In this document: positions 37,522-50,350 of the stretch, piece by piece | Position numbering within the stretch: the stretch's first letter is position 1 | Layout: each line of letters begins with the position of its first letter | Assembly (NCBI RefSeq): GCF_036321535.1 | Contig: NC_087437.1 | Location: 95,792,001-95,856,000 of the forward strand | Length of the DNA: 64,000 bases | Direction: 5' to 3' | Source: Camelus dromedarius | Lineage: Eukaryota | Position numbers and translations under genes: made by a program | Notes under the pieces: model-generated | What the model saw: only the letters and a program-made list of their open reading frames with translations | What the model was told of the DNA's origin: nothing | The model's database searches: none

Positions 37522-38085
37522 TGTTACCCCAAGGAGGGGAGAAGTATTGGTTTTTGTCTTACCCAAAAGATAAAAATTTAGACAGGAGATGAGAGCATTG
37601 GGTAAACAAAGGGTTTTATTAGTAAAGCAAAAGTTAGCAAAGTTGATCTTCAAGAACTGAAGGCAGGCTGACCTAAGAAGGCATAATGGTCCCACCCTCC
37701 TTTGTTTTTTCTGTCTTATATTCTGGCTTAGGGGCGTTTTCGTGATTAATTGATGGCTCACACCCCTTGAGTGCTTTGTTATGCCTGTCTCCTTTGCACA
37801 TGTTCTTACCTATGATGAAAACCCCATGGTGATGGGGGTGCTAAACCTCAGTGCTCATTACATTATAACGAGCACTGAGTTTTGTTAGATTGGGTCCTTC
37901 TCTCTACTGCACATTCGCAGTGTCTCGTTCTAGCCATTTTTGTTGTTGTTGGTAGTCATTTAAAGAAAGTAAAATTCTTTGAAGCCGCTTATTTTGAGCA
38001 CAGGTGTACCACTGTCTTCTTGATTGTTACCCCACCCCCGTCCACTCCCCTTGCCTGGTGCCCATTCCTATCTAACTGCCTGACA
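37522..38085 (-). mobile_element. ERV solo LTR
   Basis: TG...CA ends and a perfect TSD (AAAC). Homologous to 60014-60588. Confidence 0.85.
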
Positions 38086-39379
38086 AAACCAATTTAATTG
38101 ACATATGCTTATTGTTGAAGACACAATAGACTAACAGAAACAAAGTAGAATTTTTCTCTTGCCTCTGCGTGTCATTATTCTAGGAAAGGAGACAGCTGTA
38201 CATGAACAGACTTAGTAGAAGACTTGTCATGTGTGCGATGACTGACGTTTAAAGAACCTTGTGACAGTACAGGAGAGAAGACGAATGCTGAACAGTGATA
38301 TCTGTGACTGGTTTGTAGGAAGGTGAGAAGAAGTCTGAATTCTGAACCTGTTAGATCATTTGAGATGAAAGAGAAATCTTGATGCAAGACTGATAGAATT
38401 GGAGGAACATACCAGGCAAACATGAGGAATTGCAAATAGATAGCTGCATGTGAGCGGGGAGGTAGAGGGAGGAGGTTGAAATATAGGTTGCGGTCCTCTG
38501 ATGGGGAACTTTATACGTAGGCTAAGTAATTGGTCATTTATTCCAAGCACTAAGAAGTGAATGTTTTACAGCAGGGAAATGGCCATAACTCTAGAAGTAG
38601 TGTGCAGTATTGATTGGAGAGAGAGACCAGTTAGGTGACTACTGCAGTATGTAGACATGAAATTAAGAGGATCGGCACTAAGTTAACAGTGGGAAAAGAA
38701 AGAACAAAGTCTATGCAAGAGACATTTTCAATATGATTCAAATTTTATAAGGATTTGGAATCCCTCAGAGACCAGATAAATGCATATGTATTTATTATAA
38801 TACTTTTACAGTGATTTGTAAACAAATTATGTTAGAATGAAACTACTTGAAGGAAGAGAAATATTGTAATAACTTACCATTAAAATTTAAAAAAAGTTAA
38901 AAATTTCATCAAATTGTGTGTGGTTAGGAATAACAGGATGTGTATAGAGGGGAAAAATCTTAAATTAATTACACATTATGATGCTTTAGGCAAGATTTTC
39001 AGTCTCTGAGTCTCAGCATTCACACAGTTAAGAGTGTGGGGCAAAGTAATTTCAAATGTTGTAATTCAATATATCCTTTGCATAAATAAAAATATTTAAT
39101 TAAACAGAATGTTCTAAACGAAAGTATTTTGCTGAAGTGCAGAATTAAAACATGTTCAATAGGATAATTGCCCCTAATGATGACTATTTGACAATATGTG
39201 CCTCTAATATTTAAGTTGTCCTTCATGTCTATAACTCAGAAATACCCAAGTTTACACATGTTTCTAAAGGGATTATGAAATCTAGGAGTTTTTATATTTC
39301 AACTTTTATTGCTCCATTTTATGGGTAGACATATTTTATGAAAAGCATTGCCCTTTGGATCAATACTGTGTTTACAACA

Positions 39380-39448
39380 TTAACCTAATAAATAATGAAA
39401 ATAATCATTAAACAAGGCAACCCTGTTAAGCAATTTATAAATAACCAT
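39380..39448 (-). pseudogene. Putative first coding exon of module A (MVIYKLLNRVALFNDYFHYLL)
   Basis: The ATG is in strong Kozak context (aaaATGG). The peptide resembles the RGS22 'LATDDFLVDYFNEFLSLP' and RGSL1 'LLEDEVFADFFNTFLSLP' N-terminal motif. The next segment (39281 down) reads FHNPFRNMCKLGYF*VID versus RGS22 FSEAIRFNADYGVFEVAND. Confidence 0.55.
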
Positions 39449-40777
39449 TTTAAAGCTGTAGCTGAGTAATTGATTATGACATAAACCACTTTTTGCCTTG
39501 AAAAATACTCTGCCCCCTAAGAAGATTGCAGTTTTCATAAAACCAAAAATATGTGTGTTTGTCAAAATATTTACTACACAAGAAGTTTGCAGAAATTTTA
39601 GGATGTAAACGATTAGATCATCAAGGCATTATTGACTTTCTCTGATATGTGACCTATTTGAGGCTGATGTAGTATCAGGCATTTTTGGAGAATCCAATTT
39701 AATAAAAATGAAACAAGTGAATAGAAAATTTGTGTATTTTTGGACATTTTCTGATTCTTACACCTAAAATAATCACAAGAACTTAAACATGCAGAAGTAG
39801 TTTCAATTCATAGGAGAAGCTCCAGCATCTAATTTGTCTTTATAAAATTAACATATTAAATCAAATATCACAGCCAAGTTAAAAATGCAGCTAGCCATTC
39901 CCTCAGGTAGAATGAATTGCAGAAGAGAAAAATAAGTTTCTCTCTCTATTTTTTAAAAATTTCTCACAGTTGTTATTTTTTCCTACTGATTTCTTTAAGA
40001 ATACTGTTAATTTCTACACTGGTTTCAAAATTTAAAATAACCTATTCTGTATAATTGGTATACACAGTCCCTCAAATAGCCCCCAGAATGGAAACAGATG
40101 CAGGCATTTTTATTGTATATACAGTACTAAATATCTGGAAACATCTGGGTGACTGACCGAATATTTCTTTTTCTATCCAGGTGCCTGGATAAAGTAACCC
40201 CAGTTTAAAATTGTGTTTAAAATTCATTAATATCTGCCTTACTGATTGAGTATAATCATTTAGTTTCTAGAGACAAACTATGGTAGAAATATAATTTGAT
40301 TCCAGGTATTTATTTCTTCTCTCAAACAATCCCTTTGACCCTATGACTTTTGCCTCTTTGATTTTGTTTTTAGAGGCACCATTGCTGTGAGCCTGGGGAT
40401 GGAGTTGTCAGAATAGACAAGAGATCAGAGGTGGCAGATTCTACCCTTTAAGCTCAAAGGACCTGGGTCAGCGATGGCCAGCATGTCTCCCTCCTTCCCC
40501 ATAGGATACAAAATAGCTTATGTTTGGGGAAGGGGTGAAGCAGAATATTCTATACAGAGAAGAAGACATCCTACCTCCCCTCCCCTACAGCCACCTTTAC
40601 CCACAGGTTAAGTCTGAAGGGGAATATAAAGGTACATAGTATCTTCCTTAAATTGGGGGACCAGAAACTTAGGAGAATCTATGTCCCATTTCCTAGATGG
40701 AGACGAAGTAGATATCAAGCTTCTGAGCAAAGTCCCACATGTTGTCCTGGTGTTTTAGCTACAGAACAGGATGGGTG

Positions 40778-41076
40778 TTGCTATGGTCTGAGTGTCTGTA
40801 TCTCCTCCAAATTTATATGTTAAAATCTCACCCTCAAGATGATGATATTGAGGACGTGGGGTCTTTGGGAGTTGAGTGACAGGCCAAGCTCCCTAGTTCT
40901 TTCTACCATGTGAGGGCTTAATGACAAGTCAGTGGTTTGCAACTGGAAGAGGGCTCTCACCATGCAGTCACCCTGATGTTGGACTTCCAGCCTACAGAAC
41001 TGTGAGAAACAAATTTCTGTTTAGAAGACATCCAGTTTATGGTATTTTCTTACAGCAGCCTGAACAAATGAAGGCA
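40778..41076 (+). mobile_element. MaLR solo LTR (MLT1A-like)
   Basis: tgctatggtctgagtgt..ctcctccaaattta...ttggacttccagcct..agaactgtgaga...ttacagcagcctgaac. Confidence 0.75.
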
Positions 41077-44000
41077 GGTGTTGTGGCATATCTAGACACA
41101 AGATGGCCAAAGGCAATCCCCCTGAGTTTCCCATTGTCCAGAATGACATGGGAAGGCAGTCCGAGTTGTGACAGTCCCTACCAGGAACTGGTTCACCCTC
41201 AGCCAGTTGCCAACAGGGATTGGCATGTGACCAAATGTTAAATGAGACAAGTTACATCCAGAGCACAGGCCAGCTTTAGACCCATGGAACAGAACGATTT
41301 CATGATTTAGAGGCAGATGTCCCTCTTCTACCTGACTCAGTACTATTTGCATAAATCTTCTTACTTCCTTACTCAAAGCTGAACGGTTTAACATCAATCC
41401 CAGGGAAAGTCTTGAGAAAGTTCATTCTATGGCCAAGATAACTTAGCTATCTCTGAAATTTTCCAAACATCCTAGTAGTGGGTGGATAAAGCTTCAAACA
41501 CAATGGGGCTTAAGTTAGATAGTGAATTCCTTTGTGGAATCAATGAACACATTTATGAATTTGCATATATGATCTGTTGTTCCTACCATGAATTTCACAT
41601 TTACCATAAAAATGGAAATACAAAACAGTGAACATACTCAATATTACATAATATTTTTATCTTTGCATCATTCGATGCACAAATCCATCTGTGGCTGAAA
41701 AAAACAAGGTGCTATTAAATTTTGGATACAAAGGTTGGTTCTTTTATATAATATTTGTGCATTTGCTTCGTTGATAAATTGTGTGGATATTTGGAGAACT
41801 TACTCAAATCACAAGTCCCAAATGGATTGTTTTATGTAGGGGTCTGATCTACAGCAAATTATCTAATTTCTCTGAACCTATGGCGAAAGAGAATGTCAAT
41901 ATTCACCTTGTATGGTTGCTGTCAAGTTAAATGATGGGTATAAACAAGTGTTTAATAATGGCTTTCTTTCCCCCTCCTTATAACCTGAAGTTTAAGGCAT
42001 TAGTACCTAGTACAGTGCTTTGCAAATGGCTGGTATTTGACAAATATCATTGAATAATTGGAGCAAGGCAACTCTTCCCAGTACAGTGTTGCTAGAGATA
42101 CATCTTCCATCCAGTCTTGCTACTTCTTTGTCTTTACCTCTTTTGATAACCAGCTCTTACCATTTTGCTTATCTGGTCATGTCATAGTAGGCTTTCCTCT
42201 TTTAGACTTAAATATGCTGACCAGTTCGTACCCACTTAAGACTTCCTGAAACAAAATTAAATGTTAAGGTGGGCATCAATCCACCTAACCCATTTTATGC
42301 AATCCTCTTTGATAATCCCTTAGTCTACTCCTCTTCTATTTTCATATATTCTGTTCCAGAAGAGTCCATTTATTGTGCCTGTGGACATAAGGGAGTGTAG
42401 TACAAAGAAAAATACAATATCTTATAGCATGCAAAACATTTTAGATAAATGCCAAGATTTCTCAACTCATCTCAAACTGACAAAAAGCCAAAAGCATATC
42501 ATGTTTAACTTTGGATGACATATATGATTACTTCATTGCTAATGAGGCTAATAAGTAATGCCTACTTATATATAAATAATGCTCCAGAGATCTGGTTTGA
42601 AAGCAGTTATGACCTAAGGAGAGTGTGGTGCTGTTTTCTGTCTCAGAATCATTCCAAAGCTGAAGTTCCGGGTGCAACCAAAAGTAAGACTCAACAAACA
42701 ATTAACAAAAGCATTATTCATTGATTTGTGACAACAGATAGGATTGCTCATGTGAGCCTACTGTAACCTTACAGTCTCAGAGCATAACGCAAGGATCCCT
42801 ATTTGAGTTATGACCTAAGTCCTTGCAAGTTTCCTTCAGCGCTTTGTCCCTGTCAGGAGTTACAACATGTAGCGTCTAACAACTTATTTCAGAACAGAGA
42901 GCAAACACTTTTCCACACACGTGTTCTTTCTTCACGTGAATTGAGAGCAAGTCATAGCACCTCTCCAGAACATGAAGTACTTTTAAAAATAACCAGTTCC
43001 ACCAGCGTCTGTTTTTCTGAAAATAGGTATCTTTGTAAGGTGCATAGTTATGATGCAAATATGGGTAGCAAAGACAAAATAGGAATAATAATAAACTTTA
43101 TGATTTATAATACCCAAGAAACTCTTGATTGTGAATCTTAAAATTTGCCTTGTCCTGGGATTAAAACAGATACAAATCCTTGGACAATCTGTGAATATCA
43201 CAGAGGTTTTGTTTTTCAATCCCTATTATACTTCAAATGTGAAAACTCCCTCTTGCTTTTGAGATCTTTTAAATATGTTTTTCTCTAATAAACCACAAGA
43301 ACCCTTTGTTCATTTTCCTCTAGTCTTCAAAAAGTACCTCAAGAGAGTCTTTTAGAGGAAATTGGATATACAATGATAAAAACAATTCTGTCAGAACGCA
43401 AATTTTTTTTCTTTAATCATTCTCATGTAGGTCTCTGTGAAAGAACTTCCCATTTGGCATGTCTGAAGGCTATTAGGGATGATTGCCTCTGCTATTTGCT
43501 ATCTGTGGATTTGGACTGTAAGCCATTTTACAATCCAGTCAAAATTCTATGCAGTGCTATGTGTGTATTGTTGGATGTCAGGAGAAGGGAGTGGGTTGTA
43601 ACAGAGACATGCCCCCTTGAGTATATGCTGCGTCCTTTTTATGATTTACTCTCATAGGAGTTCTGTCTGAACAGATTAGGGAGCTGTCAATTCCACCCCT
43701 TCTGGACAAGCTGGTGAGCCCCCTACTTAGCTGCTTGGGGTACATCCTTCAAAGCTTCACAAGGACCTCAGGAATATTTTTCTGTTGTTTTACCAGGAAA
43801 ATTAAAGTCAGATGGAATGGTCCTGTTCTAATTCAATGGCAGTTCTTAGGATAAAATAGGCTCTAAGCATCATCTAATTTTGGATAGTAAGATTTCTATG
43901 TTCTTTTTTTGACGACGACCAATTAAAGTCAGGCTCACGTTCCCCTTGCTGACCACATCTATCGCCCACTATGGTGAGAAGTTAATTTCCATTCTGTACT

Positions 44001-44532
44001 CAGTATCTAAAGGACACACTAACTTTTGGGTCTACTAAGTAAGTGAACTCCTGCTCACCAGCCACACCCTTGAAAGCCACAGAATAGGCTTAATCTTTTA
44101 TACAAGATGAAAAGATCTTTCAATAATTCAGTAATGATATTCTTAGAATGATCTTCTTCGAGGAAGAGAAAATCAGACTGAAAAAGGAAAAATTATACTG
44201 GTGCAGGAAGAGAATGCAAGCAAAGTTTTAAAACATGTGAGGTGGCATATGGTTATTGCTCTAAACTTGGCAGAACAGTCTGCGGGTATAAGGGTACAAC
44301 AGAACTCATCATGTCTGACACAGAGAGGAATGACTCAGTTTTTCTTTGAAATTATGTGTATGTGTGTGTGTGTATTTAATTTTGTGAACATGAAATATTT
44401 AGTCCCCTTAAATAATAGGAAAAGGTAACATGTTTTAATTTGTTGAGATCACCAACAACTCCTGGGAAATCGTTGGGGTTATCAACCTCATGCCTTCAGT
44501 GCCCACCCTGAAACTTCATCAATAGTGGTTAC

Positions 44533-44687
44533 TTTTTTTTTTTTAATTAATTGAGTGTATTTTGGGGGGAGGGAGAGGTAATTCGGTATATTTATTTGTT
44601 TATTTTGATGGAGGTCCTCGAGATTGAACCCAGGACCTTATGCATGCTAAGCACACATTCTACCACTGAGCTATGTATACCCTCCCG
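44533..44687 (-). mobile_element. tRNA-derived SINE (vic-1 type)
   Basis: gattgaacccaggacctta tgcatgctaagcacacattctaccactgagcta. TSD aatagtggttact / aatagtggtgact. Confidence 0.85.
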
Positions 44688-45744
44688 AATAGTGGTGACT
44701 TCTTAAATGTTTGTTAAACATTTAAACACAAAGAGCTACATGTGTCCAAGTTTTAAGGACTATAAGTGTTTACTATTTTCAAAATTAGTATTTAACGTTT
44801 ATATTTTCTTGAGGCCATGATGGTATTTGAGATACTGTACCTGTTTCTCTTGCTCATGATTTCCAAATTTAATCTCCTATGAACTAGAGTGAGTCTAGTT
44901 TCTGTAGATGTTCCTTGTTGATACATAAATATTTAACTATGTATGTTTTTCCAGTGCGCTCGGCTGTGGCAGAGAGCAATTCTGCTGACATTCAAGTATG
45001 GCCCAAGGAACATATTTATGCTAGAAGTTAGAAGCTGAGCCTAGGAATACAACAGCATAGGGCATTTCCTGTCTTTAGTATGTGTACATTTGGACACTTC
45101 ACCAACCTCACTGGCTTTGTCTATTGCACACATCCAAGCAGATTCCAGCTTGAGGATGTCACCTTTGAATACGTTTAGAGTATCTAAGGAAAATATTATC
45201 AAATCCTGGAGTTTGCATTCTTATGACTCACTGATAGTGTCTAGTGTCTATAGTCTGACTCTCAGTGGCAACTGTTTCTAGCTTCCAGGTACAGTAGTTA
45301 CTGGTTGAGAGCTTGTTTCTCTACCACCGAGTTTGAATAATAAGCCAGGAGGCTGGAAGTCTTATTTTTGCAAGGTCTTTTCTTTTTGAAATGTTTCATT
45401 TTTAAAACAGTTATTTGCTGACCCATGAGATGTTATACACCAGTGGGCATAGCAGCAAAGAGTAAGGGCAAACAGCTTGCTATGAATGAAGATATCTCAC
45501 TAAAATGAAAATGGAATTGAAGCGAGTTTGGAAATTGTCTGTTAGAACATATAGCTACTGCAGGAATGCTGGTTGAATCTCCGACCTCTTGCAGGCATCT
45601 GAATAGGGGAGAACATGGAAGTTCTACTCAACATGGCTCTTCCTAAGGACTTTCAAAATTGGCATGGTTAATGTAGCACATAGCACTTTTCCCCCCATTT
45701 TTTTCATCCTCTTGCATTTCTCATTCCAAGCAATGATGATATAT

Positions 45745-46250
45745 TAATTATCCATTATTATGTAATAATGATCCCCACAATCAGTGGCTGAAAGTAGCAA
45801 TAAACATTTATTTCTCTCACAGTTTCTTTGAGTGAGGAATATGAAAGCATTCTGTCTGAAGGATTCTGGTTAAGGATCTTTCAGGAGGTTGTAGTTACGA
45901 TGTTGGCCAGGCCTGAAGTCAACTGAAGGCTTCAGTGGTTCCCAGGTAGCTCACTCACGTTGCTGGCAAATCGGTGCTGGCTGTTTCTGGGAGGCCTCAG
46001 TTCTTCTTCCCATGCAACTATCGTAGGGCTGCTTAAGTATTAGGGTATGGTGGCTGGCTTCCTGTAGGGCAAAGATGAACAGGTGGGAGCTATGCCCTTT
46101 ATGACATGGTCTGGGAAGCCATATACCATCACTTCTGTCACATTCTGTTGGTTAGAAAGGAGTCCCTAGGTTTGGTCTACATTCAAGGAAAGGGTAATTA
46201 GGTTCCCCCTTCGGAAGGGAGGAGTGTCAAAAATTTGCAGACACATTTCA
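45745..46250 (-). mobile_element. Old MaLR LTR (MLT1-type)
   Basis: cccacaatcagtggctgaaa...ctcacagtttct..gagtgaggaat...accatcacttctgtcacattctgttggttagaa. Confidence 0.7.
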
Positions 46251-46669
46251 GAATGAAGATAGATAAGTTTCAGCAAATCTTGCTAATTACGCCTACTAAA
46301 GAGCTTCTGTAGGGCCCCTCCTGTTTGTCCCTTTCCTTTGCCCTGCTTCAGGTCCTCAGAATGTCTCGCTTCTTCACTGGTCTTTCATCTGCTATCTCGC
46401 ATTTCTAAAACATCCCCGCAATGCAGCCAGAGCAGTCTTGCTAAAATCTGACCACATCACTCTGCTCCTTCAAACTCTTGCCTGTTCTCCACGACAGAAA
46501 GAATAAAACACAAGCACCTTAACCTAACATAAACAATCTTCATGTGTCCTATTTAGGATTCCAGGCTCAAAACTCTTTCTCTGCTTTACATTTTATATTT
46601 TGTTATATTGAACTTTTGTAATTCCTTGAATATATAGTGTTTCTTCCGATATTACCTTCTTCTCTATAC

Positions 46670-46858
46670 CAGAGGTCAGAAAACTTTTTCTGTGAAGAGC
46701 CGGATACTAAACATCTTTGGTTCTGTGGGGCATACAGCGTGTTAAGACAACTAAACTCTGCTATAACAACTGGGCATGACTATGTTCAAATAAAACTTGA
46801 TTTACAAGACTAGGTCGTTGGCCAGATACAGTCCCTGGGCCCTCGTTTGCTGACCCTG
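46670..46858. mobile_element. MER58-like hAT MITE
   Basis: cagaggtcagaaaactttttctgtgaagagcc...gtttgctgaccctg inverted ends. Confidence 0.75.
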
Positions 46859-47922
46859 TACTGTACCATTCTCCTCCTGAATAACATGCTCAAATTTCTT
46901 TGTCCAGATAACATTTATGATTGATCCTTTAAGAGTCATTTTGGGTATTTCTCCTCTCTGAATTCTTTCAAGTGCTTCTCAGTTGGAATAAGAGCCTTTG
47001 TTCTGTGATCCCCTGGCAGCCTATAAATAGTATTATGGCTTCATCACATAAATCTGAAATTGCCAACTTCCTGAAAACCTTCTTCATTAACCTGGCAGGT
47101 CTTTTTCATTTTTGAAATCCCACTGCCAAACATAGCTCCTGGCTAGTGTATTGAACTGAACTGAGTCAGTTAAGGACTAATGTATAAAGACTCTTTGAAA
47201 AATATGATATGGAATGGGACCATATGATAGAACAGCTCTCATCTTTTCATGTTTATCTAATACGCTTTGCTGTTTTTATTTTTTGTCAAATATGATCTTT
47301 GATATTCCATTTTGTTTTATATACACAAAAGCCATGGGGTCTGAGGACAGATTTCAGAATTGAATGTATGAAATATTTTTCACCTGTGATTTTCTGTTAT
47401 AAAGGAACATCCCTCCAGAGAACACGATGCAAAAGAAGTCTCAACATCGTCTGCTCATTTGAATTACATATAGAATTGGTATATATGTTCATAGATGTGT
47501 GCACCCAAATGGAGATTCTCACTCCATAGGCTGCAGTGGTGCAAAGGATCCCATGACTCCAGAGGAAACACAAGTGGTGTATCATAGAGTCAGGGTTGAG
47601 AATCACTGAACTGTGGCTCATACCTGTTCATATACTGTAGCATAAATCTGTTATGGCAAAACTTAAAATTATATTTCAGATATGATGAGAGAATGAAAAA
47701 AAACTATGCATAAAAAGGAATTAGATTTCCCAGGAGTGATTTTTGGGTACATGATGTTCAATGATTGTATGGTGTTAAGCAGTGCTCTTGAATGCGCTTA
47801 CCCTGGGTGGTCTCATCTTTAAAATGAGATGGCTGGATGATATAGCTCTTCAAACCGTTAATGCATTAGTTCTTACTGGTGTACTTCTACAAGTATGCTG
47901 ATACATTTTTATCAACACATAT

Positions 47923-48490
47923 GTTCCAGTTATCTAGTGTTGAATAACTAACCACCCAAAAACTTAGTGGCTTGAAACGATAACCACATATATTTTGCTC
48001 ACTAATGTGCACTTTGGGCAGGACCCAGTGGGGACAGCTTTGCTCTGCTTCCCTGTGTATCAGCTGCGGTAGCCCGAAGAACAGCTGGTGACCACCAGGA
48101 GGCTCACTCCTTACTGCTCTAATAGTTCATGTTCACAGTTAGCTGGGACAATTCAAGCACCTGAGGCTGTGGCCAGACATGTAACATGTTTTCTTTCCAT
48201 GTGGCTGCTTGAATTCCTTACAGCATGGCTGTTAAATCCCAAGGTAAAAGCAGTCCCAAAGAGGAGGAGTCGGGTGGAAGCTCTTTGACCATTTGTGACC
48301 TAGTTTCAGAAGACATACAACATTATTTCTGTTGTCTTCTATTGTTGTGTTCTGTTGTGTATCAAAACAGTCAAAAAGATTTTCCCAGTTTCAAGGGGAA
48401 GGAAAATAGGCTTTATCTCTTGATATAGGAATGGAATGAAAACACAGGAAAAGAAATATTCTTGCACTCATTTAAAAATACATTCTAGTA
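47923..48490 (-). mobile_element. Old MaLR LTR (MLT1-type)
   Basis: cagttatcta..gttgaataac..accacccaaaaacttagtggcttgaaac...tgacctagtttcagaag. Confidence 0.7.
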
Positions 48491-50315
48491 TAGTGTAAAG
48501 TCATTTTTACTATAGTTGAACATAACATTACAGTAAGACTTCAGAGAAAAAGACAGTTTGTAGAGTTTAGTGGGTCTTAACAAAGCGAATAGAGAGGACA
48601 GGATCTGCTTATATTCAGAAATAAGAAGCACAGTGTAACTCTAGTAAATCACAAAAAAGCTCTTATGTTCAGTATAATAGGTAAGAATGTTGCCCTTTGA
48701 CTGTATGAAGGAACATGGCCAGGGCAATAATGGTTGAACTCCAAGAGTGATATCAGTGACATATTGCAGAGGAAACTGTAAGAGTTCTTGGCAGAGACTC
48801 CTGGTCTCCTGCTCCAATAGCCATTTTCCTTTTCTTCTGTTAGAGACTCTCAGATTTTTAGCAGCAGCACACATGACCGAATGGAATAAGACTCTGTTTA
48901 CGAGGCTCCCTTGTAGCTAGGTGTGGTGATGCGATAATGTGCTAGCCAAAGTGCACTGTGCAACATCTGGGAAGTATTTTTAAAGGGGAGCGGGGCACAC
49001 CTCTCTTGTGCCCTCTAAGTCTTTCTGGAATGTTACAGCTGCCTCTTGAATAGTCATGTTAGAACATGAAGCAAAACCCTGTGATGGATCTCTGATCATT
49101 GTCAACTCACTGTTCTAACAGTGGACTGTGCCCTCTCCCCCATATTTTGTTTATGTAAGAAAAATAGAAGACTGTGTCTTAGTAAGTCAGTATTATCTCA
49201 GATTTGATCAAATTCGATTGAACCTAATCTTCCACGTACTGATGACTGCATTTTAATTGTTGCTGATTTTTCTGTACGATCTTACATGCCATCAACATTG
49301 CTACTATTTGTTAAGTCCCTTGGACACCTAAAATCTATGCTGTACAATCACCATTTCTCCTACTATTGCATTTGAAGTCTTTGACTGATCTACACACACT
49401 TCAAAACTGAACATATTTTATACTTTTTGGTTAGATTGTTTGAGCTGTTCACCTACAATTTCAGCCTTCTCATATGTAAAACAGAAATAGTCTATTTCAA
49501 AATATTTTGAGCAGAGTCACATGAGATAATGTGAAAAACACTTTTGCACAATTCTCCTGAAATAAGAAATAACAGTGATTTTGTGTGTATGTTTGAGAGA
49601 GATGGTGATAGTTGTGGTGATTCATAGCTACTATTCAGTAATAATTTGTTCTGAATTGATCACATGGATATTGTAAACACCGGAGAGCCATAGGGTATCA
49701 TAAAAGGAGAAGTGATGGCTGTGGTCATGAATGAATGCCTGTCCTCTTTATCACCTTCACTTCCTGCCTTTCTGTAGGTGAGATGCTCTGACTACGTGAA
49801 GAGGCACCTATCTCGGCTCCTGCCATGGCTCAGAGGACCTCCTGCTCATGGGCACAGTGGTTGGTCCAGAAATAGGCACATGAGGCCGGTGGGCCAGTCA
49901 AAACACTGACCAGGGATGTAGGGGAGGGTGGGAATGAAGTACAGATAGTCAGCCTCCAGAAGTTGCCATCTGCCCCACCAACAGCAGGAGAGGCTACGGC
50001 TACGTGCAGGGAAAATCAAAGGTGTGAGAATGTGAGAGAGATACTCCTGCTATTTATCAAATCAATAGTTGCAGATTTTTTGTTATGCTAGGCTCATTCC
50101 TGACTTTCCTAATTACAAGAGTCAAAAACATTTTCCCATTTTGCTCAGACTGCTTACACTGAGTATTTGAATGTTGAAGAAATGGGTCTTGGCTATGTCA
50201 ATGAGGAAATAAATTAGATGAACAGACCTACTGGGAAATGTTAGGTGAATCTCAAATTTGAAGAGCAAAATGGGTTGGACATACTGTGATGTTATTGTGT
50301 GTGCATGTGTATGAG

Positions 50316-50317
<2 letters not shown>

Positions 50318-50348
<31 letters not shown>
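50318..50348 (+). repeat. (TG)n microsatellite
   Basis: About 15 perfect TG units. Confidence 0.95.

Positions 50349-50350
<2 letters not shown>

Larger units (their letters stand above)
18314..39448 (-). pseudogene. Decayed multi-exon RGS22/RGSL1-family (multi-RGS-domain) pseudogene, module A
   Basis: Chain of minus-strand AG|exon|GT segments: 39448-~39380, 39281-~39225, 37331-37237, ~37200-36200, ~35940-35564, 31748-31600, 31346-31228, 31083-30920, 29879-29688, 28427-28279, 27842-27704, 23888-23714, 21110-21041, 20391-19858, 19792-~18330. Phases agree at the junctions 31228/31083, 30920/29879, 28279/27842, 23714/21110 and 21041/20391. Translations contain RGS helix motifs, and nearly every exon has stops or frameshifts. 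A candidate AATAAA lies at 18314-18319. Confidence 0.7.

Noticed and set aside
39020..39100. YIELQHLKLLC resembling RGS22 YFEYRLAKLV
   Set aside because: It overlaps what looks like a MIR core (cccc..ctgagactcagaga..cttgcctaaag on the minus strand), so the match may be coincidental. I did not use it as evidence.
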